From positions 12,769 to 76,768 of the forward strand of contig CAMFHL010000004.1 of the NCBI GenBank assembly GCA_945952095.1: a stretch of 64,000 bases of DNA. Reading direction: 5' to 3'. Shown piece after piece: positions 1 to 8,691 of the stretch. The notes under the pieces were generated by a model. That model searched no databases, was not told the origin of the DNA, and saw only the letters and a list, made by a program, of their open reading frames with translations. Position numbers and translations under genes: made by a program. This stretch comes from an uncultured Arsenicibacter sp. (GTDB lineage Bacteria; Bacteroidota; Bacteroidia; Cytophagales; Spirosomataceae). Position 1 is the first letter of the stretch, and each line of letters opens with the position of its first letter.

Positions 1-1
1 C

Positions 2-1627
2 TGGGATTATGATATCGACAAGAATACGTCGTTGTCGGCCAGCCTGCGCTACGGTGTCCGGAACCAGCTGTCTACTCAGGATAACCTGCTGACCCAAACG
101 TTCCTGCCGAAAGCAACAAGTGCCATTCTGTCGGGCCGCGATGTAGAAACAAAGAACCTGTCAGGAACCCTGGATGCCAACATCAGCTACCAGAAGACTT
201 ACAAAACCAATCAGGAACTGAGCGTACTGGGCTTATACAGCCGTAACAACAACACGAATAACTTCGTGGCCGACCTCCTGAACGGGACGGATATGCAGAC
301 GATCATTGCCCGCCAGAAAAACGATAACCTGAGCTACAATCAGGAATCAACGGTGCAGGTCGATTACCAGACGCCGATCAAGCGTACCCAGTTGCTGGAA
401 ATCGGTGGTAAAGGTATTTTCCGCCAGGTCAACAGCGATTACGCGTACTATAACGCAACGCCGACCGGCGAGTATATTCTTGACAAAACGCGGCCGGCCA
501 ACACGCTGAACTACGACCAGAACGTAACGGCCGGATACCTGTCCTATACCTATGCCAGCCGCAGCAAATGGACCATCAAGGCCGGCGGACGCTATGAGTA
601 TACGTTCATCAACGCGAAGTTTAACAACGAACAGGCCGGTGACCTGAGCGATATTCCGGACTACGGTACATTCGTGCCGAGCATTAACCTGTCGAAAGGT
701 ATCCGTGGCGGTAAAACTATCAAGGCGTCTTATAACCGCCGGTTGCAGCGTCCGGGTATCCAGTTCCTGAACCCGAACGTAAACGCATCGAACCCAACCA
801 ACATCAGTGTAGGTAATCCATACCTGTCGCCGGAACTGACGGATAACTTTGAACTGGGCTTCAGTGGTCAGGTTAAAGCGCTGTACCTGAACGCCACGAT
901 GTTTGCCCGTCGTACCGACAACTCGATCACAAGCGTACGGGATACGCTGACACAGAACATTACAACAGGTGGTGCCACAAGCCTGCAACAGGTGATCCGG
1001 ACTACCTACCGCAACATCGGTCATGAAGATGCCTACGGCGTAAACCTCTTCCTGAATGCAACGTTTTTCTCGAAACTGCAGATCGGTGGTGGGGTTGACC
1101 TGTACCATACGTTCCTGACCAACAATGGTAGCGCCATGTACGGTGCGTCGAACTCCGGCTGGGTTGTATCAGGTCGTCTGTTCAGTAACCTGACGCTGAA
1201 AAACGGCTGGGGTGTGCAGGCATTCGGTGGTGCCCGTGGCCGTCAGGTGCAGTTGCAGGGTTATCAGGGCAGCTTTGCATTCTACAACATGGGTGTGCGG
1301 AAGGAATTCAAGAGCAAGCGCGGCAGCATCGGTTTTGCAGCCGAGAACTTCCTGAACTATCCGTTCAAGGTACGTTCGGAGTCGATGTCGCCGATTTTCT
1401 CGCAGCAGAGCGTAAACAGCATGTATAACGCCAACTTCCGGATCACGTTTAATTACCGGCTGGGTAAAATGAGCTTCGACGGCTCAGGTTTTTCACTCGG
1501 ACGCAGAAAGAAATCAATCAGCAACGACGACGTGAAGAGCGAAGGCGGTGGCAATGATAACGGTGGTGGTCAGCAGCAGGGCGGCGGTATGCAGCAAGGC
1601 GGCGGCGGCGGACGTCCCCGTCAATAA
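2..1627 (+). CDS. TonB-dependent outer-membrane receptor, C-terminal beta-barrel part (5' end outside window) with Gly/Gln-rich C-terminal tail
   Basis: Frame is open from base 2 into listed ORF 32..1627. Y/N/G/T-rich alternating-strand sequence typical of TBDR barrels, with last strand ...NFRITFNYRLGKMSF. About 45 aa of low-complexity tail follows (GGGNDNGGGQQQGGGMQQGGGGG). Confidence 0.8.
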   Translation, partial: WDYDIDKNTSLSASLRYGVRNQLSTQDNLLTQTFLPKATSAILSGRDVETKNLSGTLDANISYQKTYKTNQELSVLGLYSRNNNTNNFVADLLNGTDMQTIIARQKNDNLSYNQESTVQVDYQTPIKRTQLLEIGGKGIFRQVNSDYAYYNATPTGEYILDKTRPANTLNYDQNVTAGYLSYTYASRSKWTIKAGGRYEYTFINAKFNNEQAGDLSDIPDYGTFVPSINLSKGIRGGKTIKASYNRRLQRPGIQFLNPNVNASNPTNISVGNPYLSPELTDNFELGFSGQVKALYLNATMFARRTDNSITSVRDTLTQNITTGGATSLQQVIRTTYRNIGHEDAYGVNLFLNATFFSKLQIGGGVDLYHTFLTNNGSAMYGASNSGWVVSGRLFSNLTLKNGWGVQAFGGARGRQVQLQGYQGSFAFYNMGVRKEFKSKRGSIGFAAENFLNYPFKVRSESMSPIFSQQSVNSMYNANFRITFNYRLGKMSFDGSGFSLGRRKKSISNDDVKSEGGGNDNGGGQQQGGGMQQGGGGGRPRQ

Positions 1628-1652
1628 GCAGCTGTTCTGTTAAAACATCCTT

Positions 1653-1689
1653 AAAAAGCGTTGGCAACCCGAAAAGCCAACGCTTTTTT
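1653..1689 (+). terminator. Rho-independent terminator hairpin (A-tract / GCGTTGGC stem / T-tract, usable in both directions)
   Basis: aaaaaGCGTTGGCaacccgaaaaGCCAACGCtttttt: 8-bp GC-rich stem (1658-1665 / 1676-1683) followed by T6, 26 nt after the stop of the receptor gene. Confidence 0.8.
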
Positions 1690-1754
1690 ACGTACTTTAC
1701 CGACAGGAGTGCTATTTTTTCTATAATTTACCATACAACTAACCTTATCTTAAC

Positions 1755-2708
1755 ATGCTTAACCGAAGAAATTTTCTGAAGCAGGCCGGCGTAACGGCAC
1801 TGGGCGGGCTGGCGTTACCAGCACTGGCAGACAGCCTGTCGGTAACTGGCTTACTGGCCGAACGGCCGGTTGGCATCCAGCTGTTTACGCTGTTCCGGTT
1901 TATGAATGAAGACCCCAAGAGTACGCTGGAAAAAGTGGCGGCCGCAGGGTATAAGGAAGTCGAATCGGCGTTTAATTCGCGGGGTGGCTATTATGGCTAC
2001 AACGCGAAAGAGTTTAAGGCTCTGGTCGAGAGCATGGGCATGAAGTGGCGGGCACACCACGCCGGCGGTGCTCCGTTCCGGCCGCGCCCGACCCCGCCTG
2101 CCAGCGGTACAGCCGCCGCCGGTGGTCCCCCGGCACAGGCACCGCGGATGCCGGCCAACATGCCGCCTATGCTGAACCTGCGCGATAACTACCAGCAACT
2201 GGTCGATGAAGCGGGTGAGGGCGGGCTGTCGTATCTGGTCTGTTCCAGTACGCCGGTTGGCACCATCGACGACATTAACAAGTCGATTGAGGTATTCCAG
2301 AAAACGGGTGAAGCCTGTAAAAAGGCGGGTATCGGATTTGCTTACCACAACCATGCAACGGAGTTTGACCCGGTCGACGGCGGCAAAACACCGTATGAAC
2401 TCATCCTGTCGCAGACCGATAAGGATCTGGTAAAAATGGAGCTTGATCTGGCCTGGGCCGTGAAAGCCGGTAAAGACCCCGTGGAGTTGTTTAAGGGGCA
2501 GCCGGGTCGTTTCCCGCTCTGGCATGTTAAAGACATAAAGTCGGATCTGAAAACAATTACCGAAGTCGGCAACGGGGTGGTTGACTTTAAGAAAGCATTT
2601 GCCGCCGCAAAAATCGCCGGGTTGAAGTACATTTTCGTAGAACAGGACATGGCGCCCGGCGTTGAAAGCATTCAGACCAGCATTACCAATCTGAAAAAGG
2701 TACTGTAA
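1755..2708 (+). CDS. Sugar phosphate isomerase/epimerase (xylose-isomerase-like TIM barrel), Tat-exported
   Basis: ORF track. Twin-arginine signal NRRNFLKQAG. TIM-barrel family pattern (FAYHNHATEF, LWHVKD, IFVEQD). Pro/Ala-rich insert at about aa 104-139. Confidence 0.75.
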   Translation: MLNRRNFLKQAGVTALGGLALPALADSLSVTGLLAERPVGIQLFTLFRFMNEDPKSTLEKVAAAGYKEVESAFNSRGGYYGYNAKEFKALVESMGMKWRAHHAGGAPFRPRPTPPASGTAAAGGPPAQAPRMPANMPPMLNLRDNYQQLVDEAGEGGLSYLVCSSTPVGTIDDINKSIEVFQKTGEACKKAGIGFAYHNHATEFDPVDGGKTPYELILSQTDKDLVKMELDLAWAVKAGKDPVELFKGQPGRFPLWHVKDIKSDLKTITEVGNGVVDFKKAFAAAKIAGLKYIFVEQDMAPGVESIQTSITNLKKVL

Positions 2709-2734
2709 TCAGTAAGTTAATCCGCCGTAATTCT

Positions 2735-3199
2735 ATGAAAAAGCGCATACTGATTGCCGCAGGTGTGTTACTGGTTGCCATTCAGTTTATCCGGCCCGCA
2801 CGGAACACCGGCAGCGCCGATGGCCCGCAGGATATTACGCACGCTGTAGCTGTTCCGGCTCCGGTGCTGACCATGCTGAAAACAGCGTGTTATGACTGCC
2901 ATTCCAACCAAACGGCGTACCCATGGTATGCTACTGTTCAGCCGGTCGGGTTGTGGCTTGGGCATCACGTAGACGAAGGCAAGGAAGAGCTGAATTTTTC
3001 GGAATTCGCAACGTATGCCCCGAAGCGTATGGCGCATAAACTCGAAGAAATTGCGGAAGAGGTAGAAGAGGGCCACATGCCGTTGCCTGCCTACACACTC
3101 ATTCATACAGATGCAAAGCTGACAGAAGCGCAGGTATCTGAACTAACTGCCTGGGCTAAAGCGCAGCAGCAACAGGTACAGGCTATTGCCCCATTGTAA
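2735..3199 (+). CDS. Haem-binding-domain protein (membrane-anchored, CxxCH)
   Basis: ORF track. N-terminal TM helix, CYDCH haem-c motif, and the YPWYATVQPVGLWLGHHVDEG..LNFSEF pattern of the small haem-binding-domain family. Confidence 0.7.
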   Translation: MKKRILIAAGVLLVAIQFIRPARNTGSADGPQDITHAVAVPAPVLTMLKTACYDCHSNQTAYPWYATVQPVGLWLGHHVDEGKEELNFSEFATYAPKRMAHKLEEIAEEVEEGHMPLPAYTLIHTDAKLTEAQVSELTAWAKAQQQQVQAIAPL

Positions 3200-3224
3200 T
3201 TAACTTATATTATTTATTTTCTGC

Positions 3225-3300
3225 TTTCCTCCCCCTAACCCCCTCCAGCGGGGGAAATCGGGCCCAATTTCCCCCGCTGGAGGGGGTTAGGGGGAGGAAA
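3225..3300. repeat. 76-bp perfect palindrome (34-nt arms, 8-nt loop), REP-like element / bidirectional terminator
   Basis: Left arm TTTCCTCCCCCTAACCCCCTCCAGCGGGGGAAAT (3225-3258) is the exact reverse complement of 3267-3300. Loop is CGGGCCCA. It lies between convergent genes. Confidence 0.9.
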
Positions 3301-3338
3301 ATAGTGTAAATTCTAATACACTACTTACCAGCCATTAG

Positions 3339-4097
3339 TCATTCCCGTTCCAGAAAAGCCGCTGCCCGCTTAGGGTCGAAGCGGTAGAGATAAGGAGCCT
3401 TATGGGCGCCCCCCGTCCATTTTTTATCGACCCGCTCCAGTATTTCCAGGCTCAGCATCTTCCGCTGAAAGTTAGCCCGCAGCATTTTCCGGTCCAGAAT
3501 CGTCTCATACAACGCCTGTAACTCGCTCATGGTAAATGTATCGGGCAGGAGGTTGAACGCGACCAGTTTATAATCCAGCATCAGGCGCAGGGTTTCGAGG
3601 GCTTTCTCCGTAATATGGTTATGATCCAGAATCATCGCCGGAATCTGCTGAATATCAAACCAGTGATAGTCTTCATCGAGCATGCCGGTCGTGAGCACTA
3701 CCTTCGAAAAGTCAACCAGCGCATAATAGCCGACCGACAGAAAACGACCAAGTACCCAGTGGTCATCCGGCAGTTCAATGCCGACCGCCTGCATGGTGTC
3801 CCGATGGACCTTCGAAATCGCACGGTCGGCCTGACCGAAGGTGCAGAACTGTTCGAGGTAAATGTCGTGCAATCCGGTCCGTTCCCGCAGAATTCGCCGC
3901 GCCGCCTCATCGATGCCTTCGTCTTTAAAGACAAAACCGCCCGGCAGCGACCGCTTATCGGTGTTTTTAAACGTAAGCACTAGTACTTTGAGCTGGTTCT
4001 GATGAAATCCGAAGATGACACAGTCGATCGACACGTTCTGAAACAGAGCGTCGCCGTTGTCAAGAAAGTTTTTAAGAGCTTCGTTTGCTTGCATGGG
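3339..4097 (-). CDS. NrtR-like transcriptional regulator (Nudix domain + C-terminal winged helix)
   Basis: ORF 3339..4265 trimmed to Met57 (MQANEALKNF...). Nudix box LPGGFVFKDEGIDEAARRILRERTGL. C-terminal FTMSELQALYETILDRKMLRANFQRKM... matches the NrtR-type wHTH. The upstream 56 codons look non-coding. Confidence 0.7.
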   Translation of the reverse strand, partial: PMQANEALKNFLDNGDALFQNVSIDCVIFGFHQNQLKVLVLTFKNTDKRSLPGGFVFKDEGIDEAARRILRERTGLHDIYLEQFCTFGQADRAISKVHRDTMQAVGIELPDDHWVLGRFLSVGYYALVDFSKVVLTTGMLDEDYHWFDIQQIPAMILDHNHITEKALETLRLMLDYKLVAFNLLPDTFTMSELQALYETILDRKMLRANFQRKMLSLEILERVDKKWTGGAHKAPYLYRFDPKRAAAFLERE

Positions 4098-4156
4098 GAA
4101 CCGGACGATGACAAAAAAAGCGCCGTTAGAGCAGGTTACTGTTAGAAACGTTTGGT

Positions 4157-4173
4157 TGTACAGATTCTGTACA
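4157..4173. promoter_or_regulatory. Candidate operator: perfect 8-1-8 palindrome TGTACAGA-T-TCTGTACA
   Basis: Located in the divergent intergenic region, about 60 nt upstream of the NrtR-like gene start and about 200 nt upstream of the PQQ dehydrogenase operon. Confidence 0.35.
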
Positions 4174-4371
4174 GAACAGCCGGACCGGCGGGTAAAATTA
4201 AGGCATTCGGTTATAGAACCAAACGGCCATACAAACAGGCGTAACTCCTTCTGCTGTCCTGACATGCGGTAAATACATCAGCCAGAGCAGGATAGGGAGC
4301 ATACCGGAAAGTAATATAAACTCCTGAAAGTTTCGTAATTTGTCCTTGATAAATCCTGTATTGATAGTTTT

Positions 4372-7128
4372 ATGATGAAGATATGGCCGTTTGCTGGCCT
4401 GATCAGCCTCGTGGCAGGCGTTCTGCTGTCAGGTAGCGTTATTGATGACAAACCGCCGAAACCCGATGATAACCGCTTTACGCCGGTAGTGCTGACCCCT
4501 GAGGGTACCCTGGACGAACCGATGGTTTTTCAGGTGCTGCCGGATGGTTCGGTGTATATCATTGAGCACAAGGGCGCCTTCAAAAAAGTTGATCCGGTTA
4601 CCAAAACCGTCGGTTTGATTGCTACCATTCCGGTGTTTAAGGAAAACGAACAGGGGCTTGTCGGCTTTACAATGGATCCCGGCTACGCGAAAAATCACTG
4701 GATTTACCTTTATTATGCGCACCCGACCGAAAGCAAAATGCGGCTAACCCGCTGGGAACTGCGGAACGATAAACTGATTCAGGCTTCTGAAAAGGTCCTG
4801 CTGGAAATTCCGGTCGACCGTGCCGAAACCAGCCACACGGGCGGGGGCATGACCTGGGACAGGGCCGGTAACCTCTACCTGACCGTAGGGAACAATACCG
4901 GCAATTCCTATACGGCCCAGACCGATGAACGACCCGGCCGCAGCCGCTGGGACGACCAGCGCGGGGCCGGTAATACCAATGATCTGCGGGGAAAAATCCT
5001 GCGGATCCACCCTGAGCCGGATGGTACCTACAGCATTCCGGACGGCAACCTGTTCCCGAATAGCGGCGACCGCCGCGCGCGGCCGGAAATTTATATCATG
5101 GGAACCCGCAATGCCTGGCGACCGTCTGTTGACAGTAAAACCGGCTGGCTCTACTGGGGCGAAATCGGGCCGGATGCCGATGTAGATTCGGAGAACGGGC
5201 CGCGCGGCTACGATGAGCTGAACCAGGCGCGGAAACCCGGCTTCTTCGGTTGGCCTTACTTTATCGGCGACAACTACGCGTACCCGATTTACGATTATGC
5301 CGCCAACAAGCCGACGCACAAGCTTGATCCGCAGCGGCCTGTCAATAAGTCGGTCAATAATACGGGCCTGACGGAGCTGCCACCGGCGCAACCGGCGTTT
5401 ATTTACTATCCCTACGCCGTATCAGAGACGTTTCCGCTGGTGGGGTCGAGTTCGCGCTGTGCCATTGGCGGGCCGGTCTATCACCAGGCTGATTTCAGCA
5501 ACCCGAAGCGCCCGTTTCCGGCCTATTACGAAGGCAAGTGGCTGGCCGCCGATCTGTCGCGGTTCTGGATCATGGCCATCAGCCTGAAGCCCAACGGCGA
5601 TTACGACCACATGGAGCGTTTTGCGCCTGACTACCATCCCCGCCAGCCGATTGACCTGAAATTCGGGCCGGAGGGCGATTTGTATGTGCTGGAATACGGC
5701 GGCAGTACGCTGAAATCGCCTTCGGAGGCGCGGCTGGTGCGGATTGAATACAACGCCGGTAACCGCAAACCGGTTGTGCAGGCGTCGGCCAGTAAGCGGG
5801 GCGGGGCGTTGCCGCTGTCGGTAACGCTGCTGTCGGAGGGGACCAAAGACTACGACGGCGACCGGCTGACGTACCACTGGCAGGTGACGGGTAAAGGTCA
5901 GCCAACCCGCTCGTTCACAACGGCTAATCCGTCGGTTGTTCTTGACAAGGCCGGGGTGTATACGGCGACGCTGACTGTTACTGACACACATGGCGCCCGA
6001 AACAGCCAGACTCTCCGGCTTGTGGCGGGTAACGAACCACCGGCCGTAAGCCTGACGCTGGCGGGCAATTCGCAGTTCTTTTTTCCGGAAAAGCCCGTGC
6101 AGTATGCTGTGGCCGTAACGGATCGGGAGGATGGCAGTCTGAGCAGCGGCCGGATCAAACCGGAGCAGGTAGCGGTAAGCGTTGACTATGTGTCGGAAGG
6201 TTTTGACTTTGCCGACGCGCACATCAACCAGCAGAAAGTCGATGCCTCGACGCAGTTTGCCGTGGCGCGGGCGATGATCAGCAAAACAGACTGCGGGAAC
6301 TGCCACAATGCGGTTGGCAAAGGCGTCGGTCCGTCGTACCGGCAGGTGGCCGACAAATACAAAACCGATCCGGCAGCAACCGACCGGCTGGCCAGAAAAA
6401 TCATTGCGGGCGGTACCGGCGTCTGGGGTACGGAGGCTATCATGCCGGCCCACCCGACCCTGGCGCTTGCCGATGCTAGGACCATCGTCAGGTATATACT
6501 GGCGATTGATACACAGAAAATCAGTACGTTGCCAGTGCAGGGAACATACATGACGCGGGTGCCGGCCGATGATCCGGGGCGGGGTAAATACCTGCTGCGG
6601 GCCGCCTATACCGACCGGCCGACCACCGTGCCGTCGCAGACAACGGAAGCGCTTGTGGTGCTGCGGACACCGCGTCTGCTGCCAACGGATGCGGAAGTGG
6701 TGCAGGGAGCGGTCCGCGATCAACTGGACGATTACACGTTTATGACCGCTAAGCCAAACACATACATCGGCTTCCGGCAGCTTGACCTGACGGATGTGCG
6801 GCAGGTTGAGTTCCGGCCCAACTGGCACCTGTATGATATTTACCGTGGTGGCTTTATCGACATCCGGCTGGATTCGCCGACGGGGCCGGTTATCGGCACG
6901 ACGGAGTTGAAGGAAGAGCAGTTTAACATCAAGAAGTTTCCGGGCGGCATCGGCAATTTCTGGGGAGGGCCGCCGGGCAGCGACCGTAACCTGAAAACAA
7001 CTGCCTCCCGGGCGACGCTGACACAGGCGGTCCGTGGGCGGCACGCTGTCTATTTTATGTTCCGGAACGACAAGGTGCCAGCGCCCGATGCGTTGTTTCC
7101 GTTAGCCTCAATTACGCTATATGACTAG
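4372..7128 (+). CDS. PQQ-dependent sugar dehydrogenase fused to PKD-like, cytochrome c and carbohydrate-binding-like domains
   Basis: ORF track. N-terminal signal/TM. Glucose/sorbosone-dehydrogenase-like propeller region. PKD-like segment (LTYHWQV...YTATLTVTDTHGA). CGNCH haem-c motif. C-terminal beta-sandwich-like region. Confidence 0.8.
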   Translation: MMKIWPFAGLISLVAGVLLSGSVIDDKPPKPDDNRFTPVVLTPEGTLDEPMVFQVLPDGSVYIIEHKGAFKKVDPVTKTVGLIATIPVFKENEQGLVGFTMDPGYAKNHWIYLYYAHPTESKMRLTRWELRNDKLIQASEKVLLEIPVDRAETSHTGGGMTWDRAGNLYLTVGNNTGNSYTAQTDERPGRSRWDDQRGAGNTNDLRGKILRIHPEPDGTYSIPDGNLFPNSGDRRARPEIYIMGTRNAWRPSVDSKTGWLYWGEIGPDADVDSENGPRGYDELNQARKPGFFGWPYFIGDNYAYPIYDYAANKPTHKLDPQRPVNKSVNNTGLTELPPAQPAFIYYPYAVSETFPLVGSSSRCAIGGPVYHQADFSNPKRPFPAYYEGKWLAADLSRFWIMAISLKPNGDYDHMERFAPDYHPRQPIDLKFGPEGDLYVLEYGGSTLKSPSEARLVRIEYNAGNRKPVVQASASKRGGALPLSVTLLSEGTKDYDGDRLTYHWQVTGKGQPTRSFTTANPSVVLDKAGVYTATLTVTDTHGARNSQTLRLVAGNEPPAVSLTLAGNSQFFFPEKPVQYAVAVTDREDGSLSSGRIKPEQVAVSVDYVSEGFDFADAHINQQKVDASTQFAVARAMISKTDCGNCHNAVGKGVGPSYRQVADKYKTDPAATDRLARKIIAGGTGVWGTEAIMPAHPTLALADARTIVRYILAIDTQKISTLPVQGTYMTRVPADDPGRGKYLLRAAYTDRPTTVPSQTTEALVVLRTPRLLPTDAEVVQGAVRDQLDDYTFMTAKPNTYIGFRQLDLTDVRQVEFRPNWHLYDIYRGGFIDIRLDSPTGPVIGTTELKEEQFNIKKFPGGIGNFWGGPPGSDRNLKTTASRATLTQAVRGRHAVYFMFRNDKVPAPDALFPLASITLYD

Positions 7129-7942
7129 TTATCAACGCATATACGCGGTCCTGTCCGGTCTTCTGCTGTCGGGCGGACTGATGGCGCAGCCGGCATCATT
7201 TACCAATGTGGCCGGGATGGAGTTTGTGCTCATCAGGCCCGGCACGATGGTAGTGGGCCGGTTTGAGCCGGTGTACCCTAAGCCGGGCGACAAGGATGTG
7301 CACTGGACCGATGCGGAGTTTAAACTGGCCGAAAAGCTGGCCCGGCAGGATGCACGTCCGGGCTTTCCGGTCACGATCCGGAAGCCGTATTACATTGGCC
7401 GGTTTGAGGTGACCCAGCGGCAATGGATGCAGGTAACGGGCCGGAATCCGTCAGTTTTTCAGGGCGATAAAGTAGCCGGTGAAACCGGTGATCATCCGGT
7501 GGAGAACATTACCTGGGCCGATGCACAGGCATTTGTGGCGAAACTGAATCAACTGGACAAGGTACACCGGTACCGGCTCCCGACCGAGTTTGAGTGGGAA
7601 TATGCGGCCCGCGCCGGTGCGGAGGGTGATATTTCGTGGAAAACCATCTGGCAAACGGCGCAGACCGGCACCCGCACCACCAACAAGGTCGGCCAGAAAC
7701 CGGCCAATGCCTGGGGGCTGTACGATACGCTCGGTAACGTCTGGGAGTGGGTGCAGGACTGGTACAACGACCAGCCGTTTGCCGATCCGGTTCCCCAGCG
7801 TATGGGCAGGCAACATGTGCTCAAAGGGGCGTCGTTCGTCGGTGATGTAAAAAATGCAACGTACATGACCCACGCCGCCGGTCCGGCCAATGGCTGGGAT
7901 GTCGGGGTCCGGATTGTGATGGAGGTAAATATAGAAAAATGA
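7121..7942 (+). CDS. Formylglycine-generating-enzyme (SUMF1/FGE-sulfatase) domain protein
   Basis: Signal peptide. Motifs PVENITWADAQAF, RLPTEFEWEYAARAG, NAWGLYDTLGNVWEWVQDWY. 8-nt overlap with the upstream gene. Confidence 0.85.
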   Translation: MTSYQRIYAVLSGLLLSGGLMAQPASFTNVAGMEFVLIRPGTMVVGRFEPVYPKPGDKDVHWTDAEFKLAEKLARQDARPGFPVTIRKPYYIGRFEVTQRQWMQVTGRNPSVFQGDKVAGETGDHPVENITWADAQAFVAKLNQLDKVHRYRLPTEFEWEYAARAGAEGDISWKTIWQTAQTGTRTTNKVGQKPANAWGLYDTLGNVWEWVQDWYNDQPFADPVPQRMGRQHVLKGASFVGDVKNATYMTHAAGPANGWDVGVRIVMEVNIEK

Positions 7943-8637
7943 AACGAATTGTTCAGATAAGCTGGCTACTGGTCAGCGTATTATCCGTAATCCAGGCCTT
8001 CGGACAGACGGGCGGTATACCGAAAGGCTTCCGGCCGCTGTTCAACGGGAAAAATCTGACCGGATGGCACAAAAGCCGGACTACCCATCAGGGAACGACC
8101 GGTAATTTTTACGTGGAAAACGAAACGATTGTTCTTAAACAACAGCCGTACGGGCAGGGAGGCGTCCTGCTGACCGACCGGAAGTTCCGCAATTTTGAGC
8201 TGTATCTGGAGGCGAAAATTGATTCGTTCTGCAACGGCGGCATTTTCCTGCGGTCGACGGAGAGCGGGCAGGCCTATCAGATTGAGCTGGCCACGCCCGG
8301 CGGCACCGGCGACCTCCTCGGCGAAATGCTGCCCATCAGCCAGTCGGCCAAGGCCACGAAACTGGCGTCGGTCTGGCGGGCCAACGACTGGAACGCATTC
8401 CGGATCCGGATGGAAGGCGAGGTGCCGCACCTGACGTTGTGGGTAAATGACGTGCTGATGTGGGACATTACCGAACCCAAAAATGACTTTGTCGCCGGCG
8501 CGACCGAAGGCATGATCGGTTTACAGGCCCATTGGTCGTCGGCCTACCAGCCCGGCGTGCAGGCCTTCAGCATGGCAGGTTCCTGGAAGCCCGGCGGTGC
8601 CCACCGCTTCCGGCGAATCGCGGTGAAAGAGTTGTGA
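7939..8637 (+). CDS. DUF1080 (3-keto-disaccharide-hydrolase-like) domain protein
   Basis: Signal peptide. GWH...GNFYVENETIVLKQ... and ...GLQAHWS... pattern of DUF1080. ATGA start/stop overlap with the upstream gene. Confidence 0.75.
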   Translation: MKRIVQISWLLVSVLSVIQAFGQTGGIPKGFRPLFNGKNLTGWHKSRTTHQGTTGNFYVENETIVLKQQPYGQGGVLLTDRKFRNFELYLEAKIDSFCNGGIFLRSTESGQAYQIELATPGGTGDLLGEMLPISQSAKATKLASVWRANDWNAFRIRMEGEVPHLTLWVNDVLMWDITEPKNDFVAGATEGMIGLQAHWSSAYQPGVQAFSMAGSWKPGGAHRFRRIAVKEL

Positions 8638-8656
8638 GGTGACAGGATACTGGATT

Positions 8657-8689
8657 AACTCCCCGAGGGTTCAAAACCCTCGGGGAGTT
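8657..8689. repeat. REP-like hairpin AACTCCCCGAGGGTT-caa-AACCCTCGGGGAGTT (copy 1)
   Basis: 15-bp perfect arms with a 3-nt loop, between convergent genes. The same arms recur at 10891..10923. Confidence 0.85.
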
Positions 8690-8691
8690 GA

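Noticed and set aside
4098-4265. N-terminal extensions of several track ORFs (3339..4265, 9979..10848, 15303.., 17800..19197, 35226.., 39673.., 40750.., 42508..43782, 45739..47364, 62112..)
   Set aside because: Internal ATG codons give canonical N-termini (signal peptides, lipoboxes, Rossmann GxGxxG, tight operon junctions). The extensions overlap terminators or upstream genes or look non-coding, so the starts were trimmed.
5422-7044. Long antisense or alternative-frame ORFs inside confident genes (for example 5422..7044, 13030..14025, 15468..16442, 19967..20920, 26701..27624, 38683..39540, 46750..47472, 55724..56542)
   Set aside because: These are typical high-G+C shadow ORFs. They are Arg/Pro/Gly-rich low-complexity translations, each fully overlapped by a gene with strong family motifs on the other strand or frame.
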